DNA of 64,000 nt. Source: Flavobacteriales bacterium. GTDB lineage: Bacteria > Bacteroidota > Bacteroidia > Palsa-965. Numbering within the stretch: position 1 is the first letter of the stretch; every line of letters begins with the position of its first letter. The notes beneath the pieces were generated by a model. That model made no database searches and was not told the origin of the DNA. It worked only from the letters and a program-made list of their open reading frames with translations. Location: assembly GCA_002737665.1 (NCBI GenBank), contig NSIF01000002.1:5698-69697 (forward strand), in the 5' to 3' direction. Shown in pieces: positions 29,081 through 38,415 of this stretch. The position numbers and the translations under genes were made by a program.

Positions 29081-29950
29081 ATGTTTTGGCTTATCTTAAG
29101 CATTGTTACGAATACAATATTAATTCTCATCTTAAAGGCATTTCCTAAATTTGGTATTGTCACCTTACACGGCATTGTTGTTAATTATTTTGTTGCAGGC
29201 ACCATCGGAATTATTTTGGCAGGTGTGCCCTTTCCTATAGCTGAAATACCACAACAACCTTGGTCATGGGTGCCGCTTATTTTAGGAGCATTGTTTTGTT
29301 CTATTTTTTTATTAATTGCTAAAACAGCACAAAATGTAGGCGTTTCAGTAGCAACTGTAGCGAATAAAATGTCGGTTGTAATTCCTGTCCTAATAGCCAT
29401 TTATTTTTATGGGGAATCCGTAACATTTTGGAAAATAGGGGGATTAATTATAGCCATTGTGGCCGTCTATTTAACTTCTGTACCTACATCAGAAAATAAG
29501 TTTAATTCAAAGGGAAAACTTTGGATGCCCTGCTTGATATTCATAGGGAGTGGAATAATAGACGCAATTGTAAATCATGCAAAACGAAACAATTTTGTAC
29601 CCGATGACCAAATACCATTTTTCATTTCACTCTCTTTTTTAACGGCAGGAATCATAGGGCTATCAACAATCGTTTATCAATGGGTAAGATTTGGGGAGAA
29701 ATTTCAGTACAAAAGTATTCTTGCAGGGATCATTTTAGGAATTCCAAATTATTTTTCCATTTACGGAATTACCCGCGCTTTGGGTAGCAATGTGATGGAA
29801 AGTTCTGCTTTGTTTCCAGTTAATAATATGGGAGTGGTTGCTTTGGCTGCTCTTGCTGCGATGCTATTTTACAAAGAAAAATTTTCTGCTTTAAATTGGC
29901 TTGGTATTCTACTTGCGCTTGGTGCTATTTTGTTGATTGCCTTCAGCTGA
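29081..29950 (+). CDS. DMT/EamA-like 10-TM transporter
   Basis: 289 aa and about 10 TM helices, with a two-fold internal repeat typical of the drug/metabolite transporter superfamily. Confidence 0.6.
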   Translation: MFWLILSIVTNTILILILKAFPKFGIVTLHGIVVNYFVAGTIGIILAGVPFPIAEIPQQPWSWVPLILGALFCSIFLLIAKTAQNVGVSVATVANKMSVVIPVLIAIYFYGESVTFWKIGGLIIAIVAVYLTSVPTSENKFNSKGKLWMPCLIFIGSGIIDAIVNHAKRNNFVPDDQIPFFISLSFLTAGIIGLSTIVYQWVRFGEKFQYKSILAGIILGIPNYFSIYGITRALGSNVMESSALFPVNNMGVVALAALAAMLFYKEKFSALNWLGILLALGAILLIAFS

Positions 29951-29992
29951 TTTAAAAAATTGTGTTTGAAAAAATTAAAAAAGAAAATTCTT

Positions 29993-30397
29993 TTAAAAAT
30001 ATTTATTAATGACCTCAACAAATTCACTTGGGGCGCCACAGGGCTTTTTTGATTTTGCATCGACAAATACTAAGGTTGTTTCTCCTTCATTTATTTTCTC
30101 TCCCTTGGAATTATACATTTCATAATCAAAACGAATTCTTGCTTTCGGAATTTCTTTGATCATCGTTTTAACCACAAGCAATTCATCGTAAAGTGCTGGC
30201 TTAAGATACTTAATACTAAATGTATAAACAGGTAAAAGAATTCCGCCATCTTCCATATCCTTATAATTCCAACCTAATGAACGCAGCGCTTCAACACGTC
30301 CAACTTCATAATACTCAGCATAGTTACCATAATAAGAATACCCCATCCGATCCGTTTCGCCATAACGCACACGTATTGTAGTTTCTGAAATAAACAT
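29993..30397 (-). CDS. 4HBT/YbgC-family acyl-CoA thioesterase
   Basis: 134 aa. The N-terminus IRVRYGETDRMGYSYYGNYAEYYEVGRVEALR is typical of hotdog-fold YbgC-type thioesterases. Confidence 0.75.
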   Translation of the reverse strand: MFISETTIRVRYGETDRMGYSYYGNYAEYYEVGRVEALRSLGWNYKDMEDGGILLPVYTFSIKYLKPALYDELLVVKTMIKEIPKARIRFDYEMYNSKGEKINEGETTLVFVDAKSKKPCGAPSEFVEVINKYF

Positions 30398-30416
30398 AAT
30401 TACTGGTTTATAATTT

Positions 30417-30532
30417 CTACGAATATACGAATGGAAAATAGGTTACCAAAACATTAAATTTCGTCCAGATTAATTTTTTCAAATTAATTCAAATTCTTCT
30501 TTTATTTGAACCCTAATTTCGTAGCTTCGTAG
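30417..30532. repeat. 15-nt inverted repeat of tandem hexamers (cTACGAAtaTACGAA ... TTCGTAgcTTCGTAg) in a divergent promoter region
   Basis: 30417-30431 is ctacgaatatacgaa. The reverse complement of 30518-32 is ctacgaagctacgaa, a 13/15 match. The hexamers have 8-nt periodicity, and there is an extra TTCGTC at 30460-30465. Confidence 0.6.
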
Positions 30533-30561
30533 CAATTAATTTTAAAAATAAATTTTTGAAA

Positions 30562-31335
30562 ATGAGTTTGCGAAAAGGCTTTAATTATTTAGTAGTATTT
30601 GCATTGCTACTATCACCGCTTGCCTGTTTGAGGGTAACCGGAATCACATCACAATTTGTGGTGTTGAATAATAAGGAAGCCCAGCATGATTCTGCAACCA
30701 ATTTAATTCTGCGTCCATATAAAGATTCCGTTGATAAGCTGATGAATGTAGTCATTGGATATACTGCAGTACAAATGCCGAAAGAGTCGGGAAAAATGGA
30801 AACCTTACTTGGCAATTTTGTGACTGATATTTCTCTTTCTCAATGCAACAAGAAATATAAGTCGCCAGATAATCTTCCTGCTGATATATGTATTATGAAT
30901 ACGGGTGGACTTAGATCCTCAATTCCTAAAGGAGCAATTACTAAAAGTAATATTTTTGAATTGATGCCATTTGATAACGAATTAGTTGTACTCACGCTAT
31001 CAGGTCAAAAGACATGGGAACTATTGAAATTTGTAGCAATGACAGTAGGCGAACCTATTGCAGGAATGAGCATAGGAATTGACTCCGAGAAAAAACCAAA
31101 AACTTCAGTCATTCAGGGGCAAGCATTTGACAGTACTAAAACCTATAAAATTTTGACATCTGATTATTTAGCTAGTAGCGGAACAAAAATGAGATTTTTA
31201 ACTAACCCTATTAAATATGAAAAAACGGGTTATCTAATCAGAGATGCGATACTAGATTATTTTGCAGAAGAAACAGCCAAAGGAAATATCATAACATCCA
31301 AATTAGATGGGAGATTTTATTATGACACAAAATAG
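30562..31335 (+). CDS. 5'-nucleotidase C-terminal (substrate-binding) domain protein, secreted
   Basis: Signal sequence ending LLLSPLAC, then LGNFVTD, NTGGLRSSIPKGAIT, ELMPFDNELV and LTSDYLASSG, typical of the UshA/5'-NT C-domain. The ATG at 30562 is preferred over the TTG at 30556. Confidence 0.7.
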   Translation: MSLRKGFNYLVVFALLLSPLACLRVTGITSQFVVLNNKEAQHDSATNLILRPYKDSVDKLMNVVIGYTAVQMPKESGKMETLLGNFVTDISLSQCNKKYKSPDNLPADICIMNTGGLRSSIPKGAITKSNIFELMPFDNELVVLTLSGQKTWELLKFVAMTVGEPIAGMSIGIDSEKKPKTSVIQGQAFDSTKTYKILTSDYLASSGTKMRFLTNPIKYEKTGYLIRDAILDYFAEETAKGNIITSKLDGRFYYDTK

Positions 31336-32266
31336 ACGTGATTTCATTCGTAGTGTTGCCAGTGCAGGTTCTTTACTTGGAATTGGCGTATTGAGTAGCG
31401 CCTTTCAAATTGAGGAAGAAGAAAATATAAAGGTTGTTATTTTACATACCAATGATGTACACAGTCACATTGACCCATTCCCTGACAATGATCCAAAATA
31501 TCCAGGACTAGGTGGTGTAGAGCGAAGGGCTGCATTAATAAATAAAATTCGCGCTACAGAGAAAAATGTTTTATTGTTAGATGCTGGCGATATTTTCCAA
31601 GGCACGCCCTACTTTAATATGTATGCTGGTGAAATCGAAATGAAGTTGATGACAAAAATGGGATACGATGCATCGGCAATAGGAAACCATGACTTTGATT
31701 TAGGAATTGAAAATCTTGCTAAACAATTACAGCATGCTAGTTTTCCAATGATCTGCGCCAACTATGACTTTACGGGTACGGCAATGGAAGGCAAAACAAT
31801 TCCATACAAGATTTTTGAGAAAGGTGGAGTTCGTATTGGGGTATTTGGATTAGGCATTGAACTCGAAGGTTTAGTTGGTAGTAATATGTATGGCAAGACT
31901 ATTTACATTGACCCACTTATCAAAGCTGCAGAAATGAGCCATCTATTGAGAAAAGAAAAAAAGTGTGATGTGGTCATCTGTCTTTCACACCTTGGCTATA
32001 GATATGATAATGATAAAGTGAGTGATTATGTACTTGCAAAAAAATCGATAGGCATTGACATTATTATTGGAGCGCATACACATACATTTTTAGATAAACC
32101 AACAATTGTAAAAAATAGGGAAGACAAAGAAGTATATGTTACTCAAGTAGGATGGGCAGGTATTAGATTAGGGAAAATTACTATTTCTACCAATAAGAAA
32201 ACACGAATTACTACAATGGATGCTCACACAATAAATGTTTCGAATAAATTTGATAGGGTTGGTTAG
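31322..32266 (+). CDS. Metallophosphoesterase (5'-nucleotidase N-terminal catalytic domain) with Tat signal
   Basis: MTQNRRDFIRSVASAG twin-arginine signal, then ILHTNDVHSH, DAGDIFQGTPYFN, GNHDFD and SHLG metallophosphatase motifs. It overlaps the upstream gene by 14 nt. Confidence 0.8.
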   Translation: MTQNRRDFIRSVASAGSLLGIGVLSSAFQIEEEENIKVVILHTNDVHSHIDPFPDNDPKYPGLGGVERRAALINKIRATEKNVLLLDAGDIFQGTPYFNMYAGEIEMKLMTKMGYDASAIGNHDFDLGIENLAKQLQHASFPMICANYDFTGTAMEGKTIPYKIFEKGGVRIGVFGLGIELEGLVGSNMYGKTIYIDPLIKAAEMSHLLRKEKKCDVVICLSHLGYRYDNDKVSDYVLAKKSIGIDIIIGAHTHTFLDKPTIVKNREDKEVYVTQVGWAGIRLGKITISTNKKTRITTMDAHTINVSNKFDRVG

Positions 32267-32517
32267 GACTGCTACTAGAACAAGCTAGTCAAGCAAAAAA
32301 GTTTATTTATATAAAAAAATAACCAATTACCAACAAAATAAATAAAATAAAATAAGCCCAATTTGACAACCTGCTAATTAATCTATAATGTCAAGTAAAT
32401 GGATTAAAATAAATAAAAATAAATATTAAAATAAAAGTTGGTTTATTGAATCAAATTGATAATTTTGAGAAAATAAGATTAGTACACACACATTTCACAA
32501 TAGAGGAGTTTTTTTCA

Positions 32518-33951
32518 ATGGAAAAATCACACGATAAAGTTTGGGAAAATTGTTTAAATATTATAAGGGACAATGTCAGTACTCAAAGTTTCAAAACATG
32601 GTTTGAACCAATTAAAGCATTAAAGCTTTCATCATTCATTTTAACCATTCAGGTGCCAAGTCAATTTTTTTATGAGTGGCTAGAAGAACATTACATTACA
32701 CTATTAAAGAAGACGATTAAGAAAGAGCTAGGAAGCGAAGGGAAACTTGAGTACTCTATTATTATGGAGAATGCGTTCAGTTCCAACACAAAGCCCTATA
32801 CAGTTAAAATACCTACTTCAAATCGCCGAGATGCAAAAAACCCGGCTGTGGCAATGCCAATCGACCTTAACAACAATACGATTCGCAATCCATTCATTAT
32901 TCCTGGACTTAAAAAGGTTAGCGTTGAATCTCAACTAAATGTCAACTATTCATTTGAAAATTTGGTAGAAGGTGATTGCAATCGTTTAGCGAGATCTGCC
33001 GGTTGGGCTGTTGCTGAAAAACCAGGTGGCACTGCGTTTAACCCCTTATTAATTTATGGCGGTGTTGGACTCGGTAAAACACATTTGGCTCATGCTATAG
33101 GACTACAAATAAAATATAAACATCCAGCAAAAACTGTTCTTTACGTATCATCAGAAAAATTTACTCATCAGTTTATAGATGCTGTAAAGAATAATAACCA
33201 GAACGATTTCATTCATTTCTATCAAATGATTGATGTTCTAATTATTGACGACGTTCAGTTTTTTGCAGGAAAAGAAAAAACACAGGAGATTTTCTTTCAC
33301 ATCTTCAACCACCTACATCAAACTGGTAAACAAATTGTACTTACAGCTGATAAGGCACCAGTGGAGATGCAAGGAATGGAACAACGATTGCTTTCCCGTT
33401 TCAAATGGGGACTATCGGCCGATTTACAAATACCAGCTCTTGAAACCAGGATAGCAATTTTAGAAAAGAAACTTTATATTGATGGAATTGAACTACCTCG
33501 TGAAGTAGTTGAATACCTTGCCTATAGCATTACAACAAATATTCGTGAACTTGAAGGGGCTTACATTTCCTTGTTAGCACAGGCCTCCTTAAATAAGAAA
33601 GCAATTACGCTGGACCTCGCGAAGCAGATGATTGACAAATTCGTAAAAAATACAGCTCGCGAAGTTTCAATCGATTATATACAAAAAGTAGTTTGCGATT
33701 ATTTCGATCTTCCTATAGAATTACTTAAATCCAAAACACGCAAACGTGAAGTGGTTCAAGCTCGACAGATTGCAATGTATTTTGCTAAAAGTATGACTAA
33801 ATCATCTTTGGCTACAATAGGAATGCACTGTGGAGGAAAAGATCATGCTACTGTACTTCATGCTTGTCGCACAGTCAATAACTTGATGGATACCGACAAA
33901 CGTTTCAAAGCTTACATTGAAGAATTAGAAAAAAAATTGAGTATTCAATAA
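32518..33951 (+). CDS. dnaA: Chromosomal replication initiator protein DnaA
   Basis: Carries FNPLLIYGGVGLGKTHL (Walker A), LIIDDVQF (Walker B), the NIRELEGA sensor and the C-terminal DNA-binding helix VQARQIAMYFAK ... GGKDHATVLHA. The ATG at 32518 (MEKSHDKVWENC) is preferred over the TTG at 32446. Confidence 0.95.
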   Translation: MEKSHDKVWENCLNIIRDNVSTQSFKTWFEPIKALKLSSFILTIQVPSQFFYEWLEEHYITLLKKTIKKELGSEGKLEYSIIMENAFSSNTKPYTVKIPTSNRRDAKNPAVAMPIDLNNNTIRNPFIIPGLKKVSVESQLNVNYSFENLVEGDCNRLARSAGWAVAEKPGGTAFNPLLIYGGVGLGKTHLAHAIGLQIKYKHPAKTVLYVSSEKFTHQFIDAVKNNNQNDFIHFYQMIDVLIIDDVQFFAGKEKTQEIFFHIFNHLHQTGKQIVLTADKAPVEMQGMEQRLLSRFKWGLSADLQIPALETRIAILEKKLYIDGIELPREVVEYLAYSITTNIRELEGAYISLLAQASLNKKAITLDLAKQMIDKFVKNTAREVSIDYIQKVVCDYFDLPIELLKSKTRKREVVQARQIAMYFAKSMTKSSLATIGMHCGGKDHATVLHACRTVNNLMDTDKRFKAYIEELEKKLSIQ

Positions 33952-33963
33952 GATAATTCCTAC

Positions 33964-34004
33964 TTAAAAAAATGCCTTCCTAAAATACGGAGGGCATTTT
34001 TTTT
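33964..34004. terminator. Bidirectional rho-independent terminator between dnaA and the convergent sensor kinase
   Basis: AAAAAAA, then stem atgccttcc / ggagggcat (one wobble) with an 8-nt loop, then TTTTTTT. The flanking A-run and T-run allow function on both strands. Confidence 0.7.
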
Positions 34005-34056
34005 ACAGACCACAACAAGACTAAGGAAGAATGAAATGTGTCTTAAGGCAATCAAA

Positions 34057-37000
34057 TTAAAACCGATCCTTCACTACATCTCTAAACTCAATTTTATAAC
34101 ATGCTCCATGATCATTCAAAAGTGATGCTTTCCCATTAATTTGCCCACTCAACATTTGAATCAATTGCATTCCCAAAGATTCTGCTTTATCAAAATTAAT
34201 AGCGGATGGAATCCCTTTCCCGTTATCAGAAACCTCAAGAATAAAATGATTGTCTATCATTTTCTTTAATGAAATATATAAATCCCCTTCCATCCTATCA
34301 GTAAAAGCATATTTAAGTGAATTGGAAATAATTTCATTTAGAATTAATCCCATAGGAACTATAGTATCAATATGAAAAGGATGCTCTTCAATATTGGCGT
34401 GTAAGTGAATTGCTTTCTTCGTATCATACGCAGCAATAAGTGAGCGAATCAAATCATCTATGTAATTACGAATATCTATATTGGATAGATTCTTAGATTG
34501 ATACATTTTTTCGTGCAGTAAAGCCATAGCATTAACTCTATGTTTACAATCTTCGAATAAGGAAAGTACGCGATCGTCAGTAATTCCATCCGCTTGTAAA
34601 TTGAGTAAGCTTGAAATAACCTGAAGATTATTTTTAACACGATGGTGAATTTCCTTTAACAACAACGTTTTTTCTTTATTTTGTTTCGAAATTTCAATTG
34701 TTCGTTCGCGAACTTCATTCTCTAGGACAATTTTTTGACGAAAGATTCGATTTGTTCTACCAACAATAATAAAAATTATAAGTAAAATAATTACAAGAAT
34801 TGCAATACAAATAAACCACCAAGTTGTCCAAATTGGCGGGGGGGGCGGAAGAATAGTAATTGGACATGAAACAGCAATTTGTTCCCCCCAATCGCCAGGT
34901 ACAATTCTAGCCCTTACCTTAAAAATATATTTGCCCGCAGATAGATTGGTATAAGTAAACTGTGTTGCATCACTCTCGTGTTGCCAGGTGGAATCAAAAC
35001 CAACCAACATAAATTGATAGTGTGTCGATCGAGGACTTTGCAAATGGACACCAGCATAATAAAATGTCAAGTGGTTGTGCTCATTGTCTAACTTCAAACT
35101 ATCTGGTAAATGATACCAACCAATCTCTTTGGCACCAAAATATTTCCAATCTGTTTGCTCCAGAAATAAACTAACTCCTGAAATATTAATAATCGGTGTT
35201 GTAATATTTTGAAAATCTTTACTGGGATTATATCGAATTACACCTTTTACTGTTCCAAACCAAATGCTCTTGTCACTGGCCACATACACAGCTCTCGAAT
35301 TACACTCTATGCCTCGAAATCCTTCATTGCGAGAATAATTTTTTACAGCACTAAATTCACCATTAATTCCAAGTTTTATTTTATCAACTCCTTTATTAGA
35401 CCCCACCCAAAGATTTCCAAAAAAATCAAATGCCAATAAATAAAAAGTATTGGAAGCTAACCCATTTTCTTCCGTATAAGATTTGAATTTGGAACTAGAA
35501 TTAACTTTGGGATCAAAACGCATTATACAGGCATCCGTATGAAACCAAATTTTTCCAAAATCATCTTCTACAATTGAACCTACATAACTGTTGCATAAAC
35601 CATCCAAAGTTCCATAAAATCTAAACTCCTGCCCCTTCTTTGGATTGAAATTATAAACTACAAGTCCAGCTCCGGTACCAACATAAATTTGCCCATTTTT
35701 TGCCTCATAAATTGCATGGACATAATTATTCGGAAGCATCTTATTTTCAAATGTCAATTTTTCAAAATCAGTTCCGCCTTTAAGATCTGGATTATATTTA
35801 TAAATTCCCTGTCCCCAAGTCCCAATCCAAAGCATTCCTTTTCTATCGTACATTAAAGAACGCACACGTACTCCCTTTAAAATTGAATTTACTACATGGT
35901 CATTCACAATACATGAAACACCATCTAAATGTCCTACCCAGATTCTTTTTTTAGGATCTTCGAGCAAAGCAACTGGCTTATTAAAAGAAAGGTTTCCATT
36001 TAATATCGTTTTCGAAGTTTTTCCATCGAAAACATTTAAACCATCTAGCGAAGAACCTGTCCAAATTCGATGTTTAAAATCTTCAATAATACTAAATACA
36101 GCGGCTGAATTAAGTCCTCGGAATGAGTCGAAATAAGAAAAAGTCTCACTCCTCAATTTAAGTAAACTCTGTTCACGAGTACACAACCAGATGTGATTAG
36201 AATTATCTTCGGTTATGCAATAAACAATTTCAGCAGTTAAACCATTAGCAGAATTGAAAACAACAAATTGCTGATCTTTCGAATATTTAAATACAGTGTT
36301 GTTATTGGTTGAAACCCATAAGGCCTCTAAATGATCTAAATAAAGATTGTTAATTTGAAAAGTAGAAAGTGTACTTGTCAAAATGGTATTTAAAAAAATA
36401 CCCGTTGATAATTTATAAATCAAAATCCCTGTACTCAATCCAATATAAAGTTCTCCCCCCTGCGTAAGCTTTAAACAAGTCACTGATTTTTTCCCTTCGG
36501 AACTTAGGTTGAAATCAATTGTTGTTTTTTCTCCATTAATGAGCCGAACTAAACCATCGTCACAGCCAACCCAAATTATTCCATTACGATCAATACAAAC
36601 AGCAGTGAGGTTATTAATTGAAATAAATTTTAATATTTTACGAGTCGCTGAATTGTATTCATAAAAACCTGACCTTACACAAATAATTACACCATTTTTT
36701 GTTGCAACAATAGCGCGAATATCATTGTCAACTAAGCCCTGCTTAACATCAATGACAGTAAAAACTTTTCCATCAAACATTACAGCACCAGCATCCGATG
36801 TGCCAAACCACATATTTCCTATAGAATCTTCAGCAATACAATTTATTATTTTCCCCGGTAAGCCATCCTTCGGACCGTATTCACGAAATTTTAATCCATC
36901 AAAACTACAAACTCCACCACCAGTAGTTCCAACCCAGAGCATACCTCTGGAATCTTGCTGAATACAGCGTGGCTCAGACTGCGAGAGTCCTTCTTCCAAT

Positions 37001-37083
37001 CCATAAGAAATAAAATCATAGGATTGGGCTGTCAAATTGGGGAATGACAAAAGAAGTAGAGAGAGAAAAATAATTTGTTTCAT
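34057..37083 (-). CDS. Sensor histidine kinase with periplasmic two-component-regulator propeller repeats + Y_Y_Y domain, one TM, HisKA_2 + HATPase_c
   Basis: Signal peptide [20 protein letters not shown] and many repeats of the W(V/F)GT..G(L/V) type. [12 protein letters not shown]...[15 protein letters not shown] is the Y_Y_Y domain, followed by TM helix [40 protein letters not shown] (HisKA_2 H-box) and a C-terminal ATPase (SDNGKGIP). The start is trimmed from the track's 37188. Confidence 0.8.
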   Translation of the reverse strand: MKQIIFLSLLLLSFPNLTAQSYDFISYGLEEGLSQSEPRCIQQDSRGMLWVGTTGGGVCSFDGLKFREYGPKDGLPGKIINCIAEDSIGNMWFGTSDAGAVMFDGKVFTVIDVKQGLVDNDIRAIVATKNGVIICVRSGFYEYNSATRKILKFISINNLTAVCIDRNGIIWVGCDDGLVRLINGEKTTIDFNLSSEGKKSVTCLKLTQGGELYIGLSTGILIYKLSTGIFLNTILTSTLSTFQINNLYLDHLEALWVSTNNNTVFKYSKDQQFVVFNSANGLTAEIVYCITEDNSNHIWLCTREQSLLKLRSETFSYFDSFRGLNSAAVFSIIEDFKHRIWTGSSLDGLNVFDGKTSKTILNGNLSFNKPVALLEDPKKRIWVGHLDGVSCIVNDHVVNSILKGVRVRSLMYDRKGMLWIGTWGQGIYKYNPDLKGGTDFEKLTFENKMLPNNYVHAIYEAKNGQIYVGTGAGLVVYNFNPKKGQEFRFYGTLDGLCNSYVGSIVEDDFGKIWFHTDACIMRFDPKVNSSSKFKSYTEENGLASNTFYLLAFDFFGNLWVGSNKGVDKIKLGINGEFSAVKNYSRNEGFRGIECNSRAVYVASDKSIWFGTVKGVIRYNPSKDFQNITTPIINISGVSLFLEQTDWKYFGAKEIGWYHLPDSLKLDNEHNHLTFYYAGVHLQSPRSTHYQFMLVGFDSTWQHESDATQFTYTNLSAGKYIFKVRARIVPGDWGEQIAVSCPITILPPPPPIWTTWWFICIAILVIILLIIFIIVGRTNRIFRQKIVLENEVRERTIEISKQNKEKTLLLKEIHHRVKNNLQVISSLLNLQADGITDDRVLSLFEDCKHRVNAMALLHEKMYQSKNLSNIDIRNYIDDLIRSLIAAYDTKKAIHLHANIEEHPFHIDTIVPMGLILNEIISNSLKYAFTDRMEGDLYISLKKMIDNHFILEVSDNGKGIPSAINFDKAESLGMQLIQMLSGQINGKASLLNDHGACYKIEFRDVVKDRF

Positions 37084-37173
37084 TCGGACTACAAAATAAA
37101 CACCTTTTTCTACTGAATTCATGAAAATAGTGAGCGCTATAAAATTAATAAAAATCCGATAATAATTTACAGA

Positions 37174-37181
37174 TACCTTTG
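37174..37181 (+). promoter_or_regulatory. Candidate -7 box (TACCTTTG) for the LMW-PTP / methyltransferase pair
   Basis: Exact TAnnTTTG match, 15 nt upstream of the ATG at 37197. Confidence 0.4.
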
Positions 37182-37196
37182 TTTCCAAAACAAAAT

Positions 37197-37679
37197 ATGA
37201 ATTCTATTCTAATGGTTTGTCTTGGTAATATCTGTCGCTCACCGGTAGCAGAGGGGATTTTGCGTCAAAAGTTGAAGCAAGAAAAATTGCATGAAATTAC
37301 AGTTGACTCAGCGGGAACATCTTCCTACCATATAGGTGAAAATCCCGACCCTAGATCAATAAAAAATGCAAAAGCACATACTATTGATATCTCAACTTTA
37401 AAAGCACGTAAATTTACAATAGCTGATTTTGATAAATTTGATTCTATTTTTGTAATGGACAGTTCGAACTATCAAACTGTGATTGCCCTTGCTAGAAATA
37501 AAACTGATAGTGCAAAAGTAAAGCTGCTACTCAATACGAAATGGCCAAATCAAAATATAGCAGTCCCCGACCCATACAACGAAGGTCCAGATGGCTTTGA
37601 AACCGTTTTCAACTTAATAGAACAAGCATGCGATGTACTTGTTATTGAATTAAAAAATAATTTATTAAAAAATAAATAA
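37197..37679 (+). CDS. Low-molecular-weight protein-tyrosine phosphatase
   Basis: [17 protein letters not shown] (CX5R(S/T) P-loop) and a DPY motif (VPDPYNEG). The ATG at 37197 is preferred. Confidence 0.85.
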   Translation: MNSILMVCLGNICRSPVAEGILRQKLKQEKLHEITVDSAGTSSYHIGENPDPRSIKNAKAHTIDISTLKARKFTIADFDKFDSIFVMDSSNYQTVIALARNKTDSAKVKLLLNTKWPNQNIAVPDPYNEGPDGFETVFNLIEQACDVLVIELKNNLLKNK

Positions 37680-37680
37680 A

Positions 37681-38391
37681 ATGAATGGAACACTGTATCT
37701 AATTCCTGTTACACTTGGTGAAGAGAGTAATTCCGTAGAAGTTTTACCTTCAGGAACATTGAGTATTTTAAGAAATTTAAAAGAATTTATTGTCGAGAAT
37801 GAGAAATCCGCTCGTGCATTTTTAAAAAGTGCAGGAACTACTATTGCTATGCCAGACTTAATTTTACATCCAATTGGGAAACACATTTCTCCAGTTCAAA
37901 TGAATTCATACCTTAATAATGCAAAGAAAGGAGCTGTAATAGGCCTGCTTTCTGAAGCAGGGTGTCCTGGTGTTGCTGATCCAGGAGCACAAATTGTTTC
38001 GATGGCACACAAAGGAGGGATTAAAGTGATTCCATTAGTTGGACCATCGTCACTACTACTTGCATTGATGGCATCTGGTATGAATGGGCAAGATTTTCAT
38101 TTCCACGGTTACATTCCAATTGATAAAACAGCTCGATTTGATTTTTTAAAACACATAGAAAGAGAAACTAAAAAATACGGGACTACTCATTTTTTCATTG
38201 AAACACCATTTAGAAATAATCACATGCTTGAAGATTTATTGAAAGCATTAGACAATGGAACAAAATTGTGCATTGCTTGTGACATCAATTTACCAAAGGA
38301 GTTTATTCGGACCTCAACAATAGGCGATTGGAAAATAAATGCGGCGCCAGACCTACACAAGAGACCTGCCGTTTTTCTAATAGGAAAATAA
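37681..38391 (+). CDS. Tetrapyrrole-methylase-fold SAM-dependent methyltransferase (RsmI-like)
   Basis: 236 aa. Carries LYLIPVTLGE, LLSEAGCPGVADPG and VIPLVGPSS, typical of the RsmI/YraL family short forms. Confidence 0.65.
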   Translation: MNGTLYLIPVTLGEESNSVEVLPSGTLSILRNLKEFIVENEKSARAFLKSAGTTIAMPDLILHPIGKHISPVQMNSYLNNAKKGAVIGLLSEAGCPGVADPGAQIVSMAHKGGIKVIPLVGPSSLLLALMASGMNGQDFHFHGYIPIDKTARFDFLKHIERETKKYGTTHFFIETPFRNNHMLEDLLKALDNGTKLCIACDINLPKEFIRTSTIGDWKINAAPDLHKRPAVFLIGK

Positions 38392-38415
38392 AATTTAAGC
38401 TTCGATATTTTTATA

